Shown piece by piece: positions 39,213 to 48,151 of a stretch of DNA of 64,000 nt. Position 1 is the first letter of the stretch. Each line of letters opens with the position of its first letter. Origin of the DNA: Acidobacteriota bacterium (GTDB lineage Bacteria; Acidobacteriota; Thermoanaerobaculia; Gp7-AA8); contig JAFAOU010000104.1 in assembly GCA_019247495.1 (NCBI GenBank), forward strand, positions 14,350 to 78,349, written 5' to 3'. Under the pieces are notes generated by a model, which was given only the letters and a program-made list of their open reading frames with translations, was not told the DNA's origin and did no database searches. Both the position numbers and the translations under genes were made by a program.

Positions 39213-41078
39213 TCAGTTTTTCGGCGCCGAGAAGAAGGGTATGCTGCCGAGGGATACCGTCAGCGACAAATAGTGCGCGTTGTGAAATGCCTGGCGGGTC
39301 ACGATGTCGTCATTGCTGGTTACTGGGTCACCGATTTTCTGTCCTTTGAGCTCGGTCACGCGTTGCGCGGTGAAGCCCCAACCGAGACGAAAGTATCGTC
39401 CCAGTTGAATCGAGAGGCCGGCGAAGACGGCAGGCTTATCCGTCGATAGTGCGGACCCGATCTCCACGCCAAACCCACGAGTCCAGGCTGGAGCATCGGG
39501 GGAAATGAACGCCACGGGGCGGAGGTTTGCAAAGAGCGCCAACTCTCCTGAGCGGGTCGTCGCTGCGGTCTGGGCGATCAGCTTCTGCGTGCCAGTACCA
39601 GCGACTGCCGTGAATTTCGGATCCGAGATTCGCGTGCGGACGAGACTCACCCCGACATCCCACGCACGTGCGGAGGCCGGCTGAACTTTGTAGCTCGTAG
39701 AGATCTCTGTCTGTCGAAGTGCATGAATATTTGAGGAGAAGTCGCCCGCGGTGGCAATCTTGATCGGCTGGGTCTCCACGTCCTGCCACGAGACCTCGTC
39801 GGCGCTAACGCCGTCAACGATGATGAAATTGACGACGTTTCCCGTCTTGATGCACTGGCGGCTGGTGTCGACCGTGCAGGGCTGCGTCCCTTCGATCAAA
39901 AGACGCCGGACGGTTTGGTCGAAATCCTCCAGCGCCGCGACACTTTTGGGAAGGGCGGTGAGCTTTGCAAAGTCCTGCGTCTTTGCGAGTGCCAAAGCCG
40001 CCCGGTGAACCGGGTCGAGTTCTTTTGCTACGTTGGCGTCCGTGAGCGCAAGCTTCATATCCGCTGGCGTTTGTGCCGCAACGACCTTCTTGATCTCGCG
40101 TTTCAACACGTCCAGGCGGGAAGCTGCCCCTCCTTGAAACGGCGCGGTCCAGAACGGACACCGGGCGGCTTCCGTTGCGAACTTATCGAATGCCTTGTGG
40201 ATGTCGTCGGGCTTATCCGGATCCCCCGTCAATGCTGTTTCCAGGTCGCCGACGTCTGAACAACTCAGCTCTCTCAAACCAACGAGAGCCTGATCGAGGT
40301 CTGTCACGGCTCGAGCCGCATTCGCCGAAGTCAATTTCACACCCGTACAGTCAGCACCGCTAATCACGGCCGGCAACGGATATTCAACGTCTCCACGGGA
40401 CTCAACTGATTGAATGAACCCCGTGATCTCTCTTCCTCTGGCATCAGTAGCAATCAGCAGACAATTCACCGCCACGGTCTTATCCAACACGGGTGAGCTG
40501 ATGGCGTCGAGATCGTCGCCCACAATGCCTGAGAGTGCACCGGGTATAGCTCGTTGCGAACGTCCCTTCACGAGCTGCGCGAGGTTCCCGCCGAGTAGGC
40601 CCACCAGCGTCTGAAGCTGAGCGAACTGATCGATATTGTCCTTGGTTGCGGCCTCGACGTTTAACCTATATAGAAGCGGATTGGTTTGGTCCACCGCTAC
40701 GATGAGGTGGTCCCGCCCTCCGACCGAAACCGTAGGGATGTGGTTCAGATCGAACTTCGTCCGTTTGACGATCCCCACCGACTCCCAGCGAGGATGCTCC
40801 GCTCCGTGGTGAAACAGAAGACGCGACGCCGGATAGGAGGCGAACGTCGTGCAGACGTCGCTGTTCCCGTGGATCGTGCAATACGCCTGCAGCGTCATCC
40901 ACTGCGTGCGCCAGTCATCGTTGCACTCGTTACCCGGAGTCTTGCAGATCTTCTGATACATCTGCATGACGCAGAGTTTAAAGTCGTCCTTCGGCCCGCA
41001 GACCTGTGCCTCGGCGATAACTCCTGTACAGATCGTGACGGCTAGGAGAACAGCTGCTGCCTGGAATCTACGGTTCAT
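39213..41078 (-). CDS. secreted Cys-rich 621-aa protein of unknown function
   Basis: Signal peptide MNRRFQAAAVLLAVTICTGVIAEAQ; N-terminal module with ~10 Cys in ~70 aa; helical middle; beta-rich C-terminus. Confidence 0.7.
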   Translation of the reverse strand: MNRRFQAAAVLLAVTICTGVIAEAQVCGPKDDFKLCVMQMYQKICKTPGNECNDDWRTQWMTLQAYCTIHGNSDVCTTFASYPASRLLFHHGAEHPRWESVGIVKRTKFDLNHIPTVSVGGRDHLIVAVDQTNPLLYRLNVEAATKDNIDQFAQLQTLVGLLGGNLAQLVKGRSQRAIPGALSGIVGDDLDAISSPVLDKTVAVNCLLIATDARGREITGFIQSVESRGDVEYPLPAVISGADCTGVKLTSANAARAVTDLDQALVGLRELSCSDVGDLETALTGDPDKPDDIHKAFDKFATEAARCPFWTAPFQGGAASRLDVLKREIKKVVAAQTPADMKLALTDANVAKELDPVHRAALALAKTQDFAKLTALPKSVAALEDFDQTVRRLLIEGTQPCTVDTSRQCIKTGNVVNFIIVDGVSADEVSWQDVETQPIKIATAGDFSSNIHALRQTEISTSYKVQPASARAWDVGVSLVRTRISDPKFTAVAGTGTQKLIAQTAATTRSGELALFANLRPVAFISPDAPAWTRGFGVEIGSALSTDKPAVFAGLSIQLGRYFRLGWGFTAQRVTELKGQKIGDPVTSNDDIVTRQAFHNAHYLSLTVSLGSIPFFSAPKN

Positions 41079-41183
41079 GGAGACCTCCTGGCTCCGTTAG
41101 ACGGATGACTCTGGATTTTTCCAACTCGCCATAGCCGACGAAAAATACGCAGTTGTCCGTCTCATCGAACCAACGAGGCGACG

Positions 41184-41804
41184 ATGCTTACAGGTGAATA
41201 TGCAAGGGTTCTCGCGGTAGTCACGATTGCCGGGTTTGGTGTTCAGCAGTTGCTCCAGCTGCTCGATCCCTTCATCATGATTGGAATTGCAGCTTTCAAG
41301 TCGAAGCATGTGCTTCCCGTCGGGATGACCGACGTGGACTTCAAGAAGGCCGTTGTGGGAGGGGTGGGAACTGTGATCGGACTGATTGTCGCCCTCGCCA
41401 CACACGTCAAGACGCTCTGTTACGTACTTCCCGGCGACTGCGGTTTGACAGGTCGTGCAGCCGATTTGCTCCTCAGCGCGCTCGTAATTGGCGCGGGGAC
41501 TGAAGGAGCGAACACACTCGTAAAATACTTTGCTTACGTCAAGGACGCGCGAAAACAGGATCTCGCCCTGCCCATCAGAATCAATCCTCCACGTGTACAG
41601 TTGTCCCAAGGACAAAGCGTGCAGTTCCGCGCCAGCGTGGACGACAACCCGCATGATGTGAGCTGGTCGGTCGTTCCGAGCGACGGAGGTGTGATTACGA
41701 GCAGTGGTATCTATACCGCTCCAACAAGTTCCGGAACGTTCCTGGTGCTCGCTACGAGTACGATCGACTCAGCATTGCAGTCAATCGCGACGGTCATCGT
41801 GTAG
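41184..41804 (+). CDS. membrane protein with C-terminal bacterial Ig-like (Big_2-type) domain
   Basis: Three predicted TM segments, then PRVQLSQGQSVQFRASV...VSWSVVPSDGGVITSSGIYTAPTSSGTFLVLATS, a Big_2-like pattern. GAGG RBS; divergent from the 621-aa gene. Confidence 0.6.
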   Translation: MLTGEYARVLAVVTIAGFGVQQLLQLLDPFIMIGIAAFKSKHVLPVGMTDVDFKKAVVGGVGTVIGLIVALATHVKTLCYVLPGDCGLTGRAADLLLSALVIGAGTEGANTLVKYFAYVKDARKQDLALPIRINPPRVQLSQGQSVQFRASVDDNPHDVSWSVVPSDGGVITSSGIYTAPTSSGTFLVLATSTIDSALQSIATVIV

Positions 41805-41984
41805 TGGGTCGCCGGTCGGCGAGCGCCAAGCCTTCGTGTTTTGGTCGTGCCGTGCATAACTGATTGATGACCAAATACTTCGCGTGCCTCACTTGAAGAT
41901 TCGAAGAGGCATGAGGTATTCGCATCAGTGAGGCTGAGTTCCAAGGAGCGACAACAACCATTTGATGTCCGATCGAAGCGCAGG

Positions 41985-42242
41985 TCACTTCGGAAGGATC
42001 GACGCCAGATCTGTTTTGTCGAACATAGACACCAGCGCCGTTACCTTGCAATCGAGGGCCGCTGCGATTCGCAGCACCGTGGTGAGGCTCGGTACGGCGA
42101 ACCCGTTCTCCATGTTACTGATGTAGGACTCCGTCAGTCCTGAGGCGATGGCGAGCGCGTTTTGGGTGATGCCGTACTTCTCGCGTAACTCGCGCAGGCG
42201 GCGGCCGAATACTTCGCCTTCCGGCTGGCGCACGCGAGTCAT
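41985..42242 (-). CDS. XRE-family helix-turn-helix transcriptional regulator
   Basis: FGRRLRELREKYGITQNALAIASGLTESYISNMENG is a canonical HTH_3/Cro-C1 motif. Confidence 0.85.
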   Translation of the reverse strand: MTRVRQPEGEVFGRRLRELREKYGITQNALAIASGLTESYISNMENGFAVPSLTTVLRIAAALDCKVTALVSMFDKTDLASILPK

Positions 42243-42314
42243 GGGCGCCGATTCCTCTTGCTTTTGCGCGGCGGCGAACTTATAGTATCGTACAAGTCAG
42301 CGAGGCGCCCAACC

Positions 42315-42776
42315 ATGCTCGAACCCGACCTCATCTCCCGCATCCGGCACATCTTCCTACACCCACGGCCGCATGTCAGCATTTCGCAGGCTACGGCACT
42401 CCTCGGGTGGTCGCGGAGGCGGATGTCCGAGGCGATTGAGGCGGGGGAGGTGGAGTTGTGGGCGACGCCGGTGGGGAAGTGGTTTCCGCGGGCGGAGATG
42501 ATGGCGAAGGCGCTGGAGATCTGGCCGATGCATGTCATCGAAGAGGCGCTCGGGGACGATGCGGACGGCATCCTGCCGCAGGCGATCCGAAGTGCGGAGC
42601 TGCGCGTCCGGCTGCCGCGGCATCACATCGACATGCTGGAGTATCGGGCGGAGCAGCGGGAGACCACCGTCAGCGGGGTGCTGGAGCGGGAGCTGGATGG
42701 CATCGCCAGCGCGCACATCGAGGAGTTGACGGCGGCGTTGCCGGGGTTCGCTGAGGCGATGGCTTGGCCGGGTTGA
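42315..42776 (+). CDS. hypothetical protein with possible N-terminal HTH (divergent from XRE gene)
   Basis: SISQATALLGWSRRRMSEAIEAGEVE resembles a MerR/excisionase-type HTH; otherwise no recognized domain. Confidence 0.45.
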   Translation: MLEPDLISRIRHIFLHPRPHVSISQATALLGWSRRRMSEAIEAGEVELWATPVGKWFPRAEMMAKALEIWPMHVIEEALGDDADGILPQAIRSAELRVRLPRHHIDMLEYRAEQRETTVSGVLERELDGIASAHIEELTAALPGFAEAMAWPG

Positions 42777-42818
42777 TCCGCAGATGACGCAGATAGAGAC
42801 AGATGGAGGACGGGTTTC

Positions 42819-43133
42819 AGCAACGTTGCGATGATGCGAAGCAACGTCGCGCTCTCGCGCAACAACGTCGCGCGGTCGCGCGGCAGCGTTGCGGTGACCC
42901 GCAGTAGACGTAGCGCCAAGGCGCAGCGTGTCGCGATGACGCGCAGCAGTGTTGCGCCGACGCGCGGCAGCGTTGCGGTGACGCGCAGCGGTGTTGCGCC
43001 GACGCGCAGCAGTGTTGCGGTGACGCGCAGCAGTGTTGCGCCGACGCGCAGCGGTGTTGCGGTGCCGCGCCGCCGTGTTGCGCTGCCGCGCGGCAGTGTT
43101 GCGGTAACGCGCAGCAACGTTGCGCCGGAGCGC
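42819..43133. repeat. tandem array of ~15 copies of a 21-bp unit (consensus AGCRGTGTTGCGSYGACGCGC)
   Basis: Units counted directly in register from 42819. In + frame they encode a heptad (S/G)VA(V/P)TRS; in - frame RNTAARH. Confidence 0.85.
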
Positions 43134-43474
43134 AACGGGGGCGCGTAGCCTCGTGCGCCGCGTGCAGTCGCGGATCGAAGTCTCAGCGGGGAAAGCGGGC
43201 GCTGGAATACCGAGGCGCAGGAGCGAGTTGGAAGCGCTCGTTTTGGCGGCCGTCGGCGGTATGGGCGTGCTGGATAGCACATCAGTCCTGTACCGGCGCG
43301 GGAGTTGAGTTATCTCCTCCTGCCGCGGGCTCTCGAGGTGTGTACACGCCTCGGGTACACATCAACCGGAAGAATCGGCGCGTGGCCGAAACTTCCAGCC
43401 GGTGGCCGCTCGCACTTGTCGACAAGTCCGTGACGTCTCCTCCGGCCTGACAGCTCGCGTTAGGAGGATTTGTC

Positions 43475-44038
43475 ATGAGTAATACCACCCCTGTTTCATC
43501 GAACCCTGATCCTGCCACTCTCTCTCCCGAGGCGGTCATCGAGCAGCTGCGCACGATGGAATCGCAGATCAATGAGGTCGCACCGTTGTCGAAAGAGCAG
43601 CGGGCGCTGGTCAAGCAGCGTCTCCGGATGCAGCCGGCGACGATCGTCGAGGCATCGATCAATGTCATGGGAGTGCTCGACAACGTATCGCAGGCGATCG
43701 GGCAGCCACTCGACGAAGTCCGCCAGCTGCAGGAGGACTCGATCCGCTGGGAGGCCGTGGCCGACCAGGCGCGTTCGTTCCTGAAAGGCATCGAGGGTGC
43801 AAACCTCAATCGCCGTCATCGGCTGGCGCTCATCGCCACGCAAGCGTACGCGATCGGATCACAGCTCGCGAAAGACCCCAACAAAGCAGTGCTCCTGCCG
43901 CAGGTGGAGGAGGTCAAGCGTCTGAAGAGCGTCGCACGCCGCAAGAAGGCTGCGCAGGCTCCGCCAACGCCAACGCCAACGCCCGCACCGCCGGCACCCG
44001 TGCCCGTCCCCGTCCCGTCCACCACTCCGAAAGCGTAG
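43475..44038 (+). CDS. hypothetical protein with Pro/Ala/Thr-rich C-terminus
   Basis: AGGAGG RBS before ATG 43475; coiled-coil-like N-terminal region; C-terminal (PT)n/PAPV low complexity; followed by a terminator. Confidence 0.65.
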   Translation: MSNTTPVSSNPDPATLSPEAVIEQLRTMESQINEVAPLSKEQRALVKQRLRMQPATIVEASINVMGVLDNVSQAIGQPLDEVRQLQEDSIRWEAVADQARSFLKGIEGANLNRRHRLALIATQAYAIGSQLAKDPNKAVLLPQVEEVKRLKSVARRKKAAQAPPTPTPTPAPPAPVPVPVPSTTPKA

Positions 44039-44055
44039 AGTAAGAAGGAAGTGAA

Positions 44056-44087
44056 CCCGGGCGCGTCGCAGCGCGCCCGGGTTTCAT
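44056..44087 (+). terminator. rho-independent terminator
   Basis: AACCCGGGCGCG-tcgcag-CGCGCCCGGGTTT: perfect GC-rich stem followed by TTT. Confidence 0.65.
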
Positions 44088-44088
44088 G

Positions 44089-44700
44089 ACGGTCATGAAA
44101 AACAACACCGCTAAGAACGAAAACGCATCCCAACGTGCCGTCGCGCTCGTACTGGAGGCAGTCGAGGTGATGCGGCGTACCAATGTGCCCCCGATTCGCC
44201 GCTGAACACGTTTCTGACGGCGGATATGCGGCGCGAATACCGCCGTGCCGCCAGGCGTCTGCGCGAGCAGAAGACGCAGCCGCGTTACAGAAATCTCCAC
44301 TCCGCCGAGGAGCCTGCGGACATCTTTGAACGGACCGTTCAACGTATCGGAGAAAGGCGCGGGCTACATCATCGACCTTGAATCGCGAACGCTCGTGGAG
44401 ACGACCGGCACGCATGTGGACGGAGTGATGATCGATGGTCCCAGGAGCGTGCTTCTCGCGGTTCACGACAAAACGATCCTGGAAGCCTTCGGCACCACCG
44501 GCCGGCTCTGGAAAACAGCCCCCATCAGCTCCGGAGGATTTCGAGAGCTCGCCATCACCGATACCAGCATCATCGGCGAAGCGCGCGACGCGTCCGCCGG
44601 GGGATGGATCGCGTTTTCGGTGGATCTCGTGACGGGGAGGTTCGTTTCGGGGAGGGGCTTGAAGATCCGGAACCGGAACATGGATCCGCAACCTGACCTT
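44089..44700 (+). pseudogene. possible frameshift-decayed gene remnant
   Basis: Three consecutive + frames carry GC3-rich coding-like segments. Frame a (44089-44208): MTVMKNNTAKNENASQRAVALVLEAVEVMRRTNVPP. Frame b (~44211-44388): FLTADMRREYRRAARRLREQKTQPRYRNLHSAEEPADIFERTVQRIGE. Frame c (~44326-44700): NGPFNVSEKGAGYIIDLESRTLVETTGTHVDGVMIDGPRSVLLAVHDKTILEAFG... No single intact ORF. Confidence 0.3.
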
Positions 44701-44910
44701 CGGCCACTACGATCGGCGCTTTGGCCGCGCTCGACACGTGCGCGACGCTGTCTTGCGAAGGCGAACATCGTGAGCGTCATGGACCTCGCCTGTTGGAGTC
44801 CGGACGCTCAGAAGCCAGGAGTCAGCTGCCTGCCGTCAAGGCGCGATCGCGCGCGGAAGGAGCGGGTCCGCGGCATGGGCAGCCTGCGCTCACGCCGCGG
44901 ACTCTCGGTG

Positions 44911-45378
44911 CTACGCCGCGGATGCGAGCTGTTTCTTCACATCCACTTTGATCTGGCGCGGCTTCGCACCTTCTTTCTTCGGAAGGCGGACTTCGAGCAA
45001 TCCCTTCGCGAAGGTGGCGGAGATCTTCTCGGCTTCGATGTTCGGCGGCAGCGTGAAGGAGCGGAGGAAGCTGCCGTACGAGCGTTCGACGCGGCGGTAG
45101 TCGTTCTCCTCGGTTTCCTTCTCCGCGTTGCGCTCGCCTTTGATCGTGAGCACGCCGCTTTCGAGCTCCACGTCGACGTCTTTCTCGTCGATGCCCGGGA
45201 GTTCGGCCTTGATCACGATGTCGTCTTTCGTCTCGACGACGTCGCATGTCGGCGACCAGTTGGCCAGCGCCGGCTCACCGTCCGCCGTCAGGCGCGACCA
45301 GAGACGGTCCATGCGGTTCCGGAGCAGGCTCAGTTCTTCGAAGGGATCCCAGCGTTCAAAACCCGTCATTAGTTTCAT
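44911..45378 (-). CDS. Hsp20/alpha-crystallin family small heat-shock protein
   Basis: AAGGAGG RBS; alpha-crystallin domain with AELPGIDEKDVDVELESGVLTIKGER. Confidence 0.9.
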   Translation of the reverse strand: MKLMTGFERWDPFEELSLLRNRMDRLWSRLTADGEPALANWSPTCDVVETKDDIVIKAELPGIDEKDVDVELESGVLTIKGERNAEKETEENDYRRVERSYGSFLRSFTLPPNIEAEKISATFAKGLLEVRLPKKEGAKPRQIKVDVKKQLASAA

Positions 45379-45564
45379 CACAAACCTCCTTGCGGCGTTG
45401 GAAATGGTCGCCCGCGGATTGCAACGTATGGCTTCCACCGGCCTTGGGCGATGTCATCGGTCACGCTCTCGCGTGTCGCGCTGGGCCATTCGTGTTTCAA
45501 CCATCACAGAGTCGCGTGCGTCGAGTCACCCGGCGGACTTGAAGCGCGACGCATATTTCACGGC

Positions 45565-46236
45565 ATGAGCTCCTCTCCGATTGATCGCCGCGTTGCGGAG
45601 CAGAGAGTTTGCGATGTCATCGCGGGCTTCCCTGATGCCGAGGATGTGTTGGAGCAGGCGGGGGTCGACTACTGGTTTGGGTTGGACGAGATCCTGGGCG
45701 CCGCCTGCGAGGCCGCTGATGCCGATCCGAATGACGTCGCCTCGCGGCTCGGAGCCTGCCGGCCGTGTGCGCAGGGCGACTCGCCGCCAGTCTCGCTGGC
45801 AGCGCTCCTGCGCGAATCGGATGCGCAGTGGAGGGAGCGGCTGGCGCCGGCGATCGCGAAGGCCGGTGCCATTGCCGCGTTGCGGCACCCGGCGCTATCG
45901 CGCCTGCTGCAGCAGTTGAAGAAACGCCTCGAAGTCCACACTGCGACGAGCCATTCGCTGTTGCCGGCGGCGGAGGCGATCGAGCGAGGGGAAGCGGGCG
46001 TGCTGGAGCAGAAGACGCTTCGAACGCTTCGGCTCGAACACCTCGAGCTGGCGCGGCTTGCACGCGACCTGCGCGCGTACGCCGATCGGTCCGACATCGA
46101 TGACGCTGCCTTGACCGAAGCGCTCCGCGGCGTCATCCACGAAGTTCACCATCACCTCATGGTCGCCTACAACTTCATCCTGCCCCGGCTTGTGGCAGCG
46201 GCCGTAGCGCGGCCTGTGGCCTGTGAGCCCTGGTAG
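45565..46236 (+). CDS. hypothetical protein with ScdA_N(DUF542)-like N-terminus, possibly hemerythrin-like repair-protein family
   Basis: VCDVIAGFPDAEDVLEQAGVDYWFGLDEILGAACEAADADPNDVASRL matches the ScdA/YtfE N-terminal domain pattern. C-terminal His-rich helices (IHEVHHHLMVAYNF). Assignment is tentative. Confidence 0.45.
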   Translation: MSSSPIDRRVAEQRVCDVIAGFPDAEDVLEQAGVDYWFGLDEILGAACEAADADPNDVASRLGACRPCAQGDSPPVSLAALLRESDAQWRERLAPAIAKAGAIAALRHPALSRLLQQLKKRLEVHTATSHSLLPAAEAIERGEAGVLEQKTLRTLRLEHLELARLARDLRAYADRSDIDDAALTEALRGVIHEVHHHLMVAYNFILPRLVAAAVARPVACEPW

Positions 46237-46245
46237 GAGGAGAAC

Positions 46246-47202
46246 ATGCCCAGCATCCTGACGTTGACCATGAATCCGGCCCTCGACGTGTTTCTCGAGA
46301 CGCCGCGCCTCAAACCGAACGGAAAGCTGCGTTGCGCGAAGCCGGTCTACCTTGCCGGCGGCGGCGGGATCAACGTCAGCCGGGCCATTCGCCGGCTCCG
46401 CGGAAATTCGATCGCACTGTTTCCGGCAGGTGGCGCAGTCGGGAACCGCCTGATCGAACTGCTGGCGCGCGAGACGATCGCAATGAACGTCGTCCGAATC
46501 GCCGAGGAAACGCGCGAGAACGTGAACGTGATCGAGTCGGAAACCAGCCTCGAATACCGCTTCATCGTCCCCGGGCCGCAACTCGGGATCGAGGAGTGGA
46601 GGCAACTGCTTGCAGCCGTTCGCGCGGTTATGCCGCGTCCTGATTACCTCGTCGCCAGCGGCACGCTTCCGCCGGGAGCTCCGGTCGATTTCTACGCTCG
46701 CCTCGGCGCGCTCTGCAACGATCTCGGCATACGCCTCATCGTCGATACCTCCGGCGAGGCGCTCCGCCACACGGGAGGGAAGGGGACGTTTCTGATGAAG
46801 CCGAATGTCGGCGAGTTGATGGCAGCGGCCGGCGACGGCGAGGTATCCGACGCCGCCATTGCGAGCGCGGCGCAGTCGCTGGTCGATACCGGACGCAGTG
46901 AGGTGGTCGTGGTTTCGGCTGGCAGCGGGGGAGCCCTCGTCGCCGACCGTCACGGCACGCGGCGCATCGTCTCGCCGGTCGTGCCGATCGGCAGCCGCGT
47001 CGGCGCCGGCGACAGCATGGTGGCAGGAATCGCGGTGGCGCTGGCGAATGGATCGACGCTCGATGATGCCGTGATGTTCGGTGTGGCGGCAGGATCGGCG
47101 GCAGTCATGACGCACCATCACGAGCTTTGCCGGTTTGACGACACGATGCGGCTTTTCAATGAGTTGCGGCAGAGATACACGCCTGCCGCAAAGATCGCGT
47201 GA
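46246..47202 (+). CDS. PfkB-family sugar kinase (1-phosphofructokinase/tagatose-6-P kinase-like)
   Basis: Ribokinase-superfamily motifs: N-terminal GG (LAGGGGINVSRA) and C-terminal GAGDSMVAG. Confidence 0.85.
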   Translation: MPSILTLTMNPALDVFLETPRLKPNGKLRCAKPVYLAGGGGINVSRAIRRLRGNSIALFPAGGAVGNRLIELLARETIAMNVVRIAEETRENVNVIESETSLEYRFIVPGPQLGIEEWRQLLAAVRAVMPRPDYLVASGTLPPGAPVDFYARLGALCNDLGIRLIVDTSGEALRHTGGKGTFLMKPNVGELMAAAGDGEVSDAAIASAAQSLVDTGRSEVVVVSAGSGGALVADRHGTRRIVSPVVPIGSRVGAGDSMVAGIAVALANGSTLDDAVMFGVAAGSAAVMTHHHELCRFDDTMRLFNELRQRYTPAAKIA

Positions 47203-47221
47203 CGGAGCACGCAGGGAGGAC

Positions 47222-48133
47222 ATGATGCGATCCCTCGAAATCAAACGAATCCTCGTTCCTACGGACCTGAGCCCGCAATCCATCGGCGCGCTTCAGTACG
47301 CGCGATTTTTCGCCGAGCGCTTTTCGGCGACGCTGACGTTACTGAACGTCGATCCGGTCGTCTTTCCCGTCGAAGATGCGGGCGCGAACATCCAGCTGTA
47401 TGTCGCCACGCGGCCCGACCACATCGCCGCGTTGCGCGACAAGGTTCGCGTCTACGCCGATGCCGCTTTGCAGGGTTTTCCTTACTCGATCGCCGTGGAC
47501 ATCGGAGATCCGGTGTCCACCATCGTCGACACGGAGCAGGATCTGCCGGCGGATCTGGTCATCATGGCCACACACGGTCTCCGCGGCTGGCGCCGCTTGA
47601 TCCTCGGCTCGGTCACCGAACGCGTGATCCGCGTCGGCGACTCGCCGGTGCTGAGCGTCAACCGGAATGAAGCGCGGCCTCGCACCAGCGATCCGATCCG
47701 CAAGATTCTCTGCCCGATCAATTTCAGCGACGTCGCTCGCGCATCGGTCGAATACGCATCGCAACTGGCTGCTGCGCTGGATGGCGAGTTGGTGGTCGTT
47801 TACGTCGTGGAAGAGGACGGCCGGGCGCAGACGCCGCCGCGCAACCACGATGTGCGGGGATGGATTCTTCCCGCCGTTCAGAATCGGTGCAGCTATCGGG
47901 AAATCGTCCTCCGCGGCGGTGCGGCTGAACGCGTGCTTGATTGTGCCGAAGACATCGGTGCCGATCTGATCGTGATCGGCGCGCAGCACAAGAAGTTTCG
48001 CGATGAGACCGTCATCGGCACGACCACCGAACGCCTGGTCCGTTTCGCGCACGTGCCGGTGCTCTCGGTGCCGCTTGGAATGGCCGCGAAAGAGCTGCAG
48101 CCGGAAGAAGTCCTGGCAGGCCGCGTGGGATAG
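47222..48133 (+). CDS. universal stress protein, tandem Usp domains
   Basis: Two UspA domains (ILVPTDLS...LVIMATHGLRGWRRLILGSVTERV and ILCPINFS...LIVIGAQHKKF...GTTTERL); GGAGGA RBS. Confidence 0.85.
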   Translation: MMRSLEIKRILVPTDLSPQSIGALQYARFFAERFSATLTLLNVDPVVFPVEDAGANIQLYVATRPDHIAALRDKVRVYADAALQGFPYSIAVDIGDPVSTIVDTEQDLPADLVIMATHGLRGWRRLILGSVTERVIRVGDSPVLSVNRNEARPRTSDPIRKILCPINFSDVARASVEYASQLAAALDGELVVVYVVEEDGRAQTPPRNHDVRGWILPAVQNRCSYREIVLRGGAAERVLDCAEDIGADLIVIGAQHKKFRDETVIGTTTERLVRFAHVPVLSVPLGMAAKELQPEEVLAGRVG

Positions 48134-48151
48134 CGCGCCGGACTTCGTCCA

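Noticed and set aside
39213-41078. Bacterial gasdermin-like substrate for the adjacent protease
   Set aside because: The protein has a cleavable signal peptide and is 621 aa, whereas bacterial gasdermins are cytoplasmic and ~250-300 aa. The idea is retained only as 'protease plus partner of unknown function'.
42819-43133. Possible CRISPR array
   Set aside because: The units are contiguous 21-mers with no intervening unique spacers, and no cas genes lie nearby. This is a simple tandem repeat.
42357-43280. 307-aa minus-strand ORF encoding RNTAARH heptads
   Set aside because: Its 3' part overlaps the better-supported + strand gene 42315-42776. The repetitive part may be non-coding, so it is reported as a tandem repeat rather than a CDS.
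45895-47283. 462-aa minus-strand ORF across the PfkB kinase gene
   Set aside because: Antisense to a kinase with clear ribokinase-family motifs; composition artefact.
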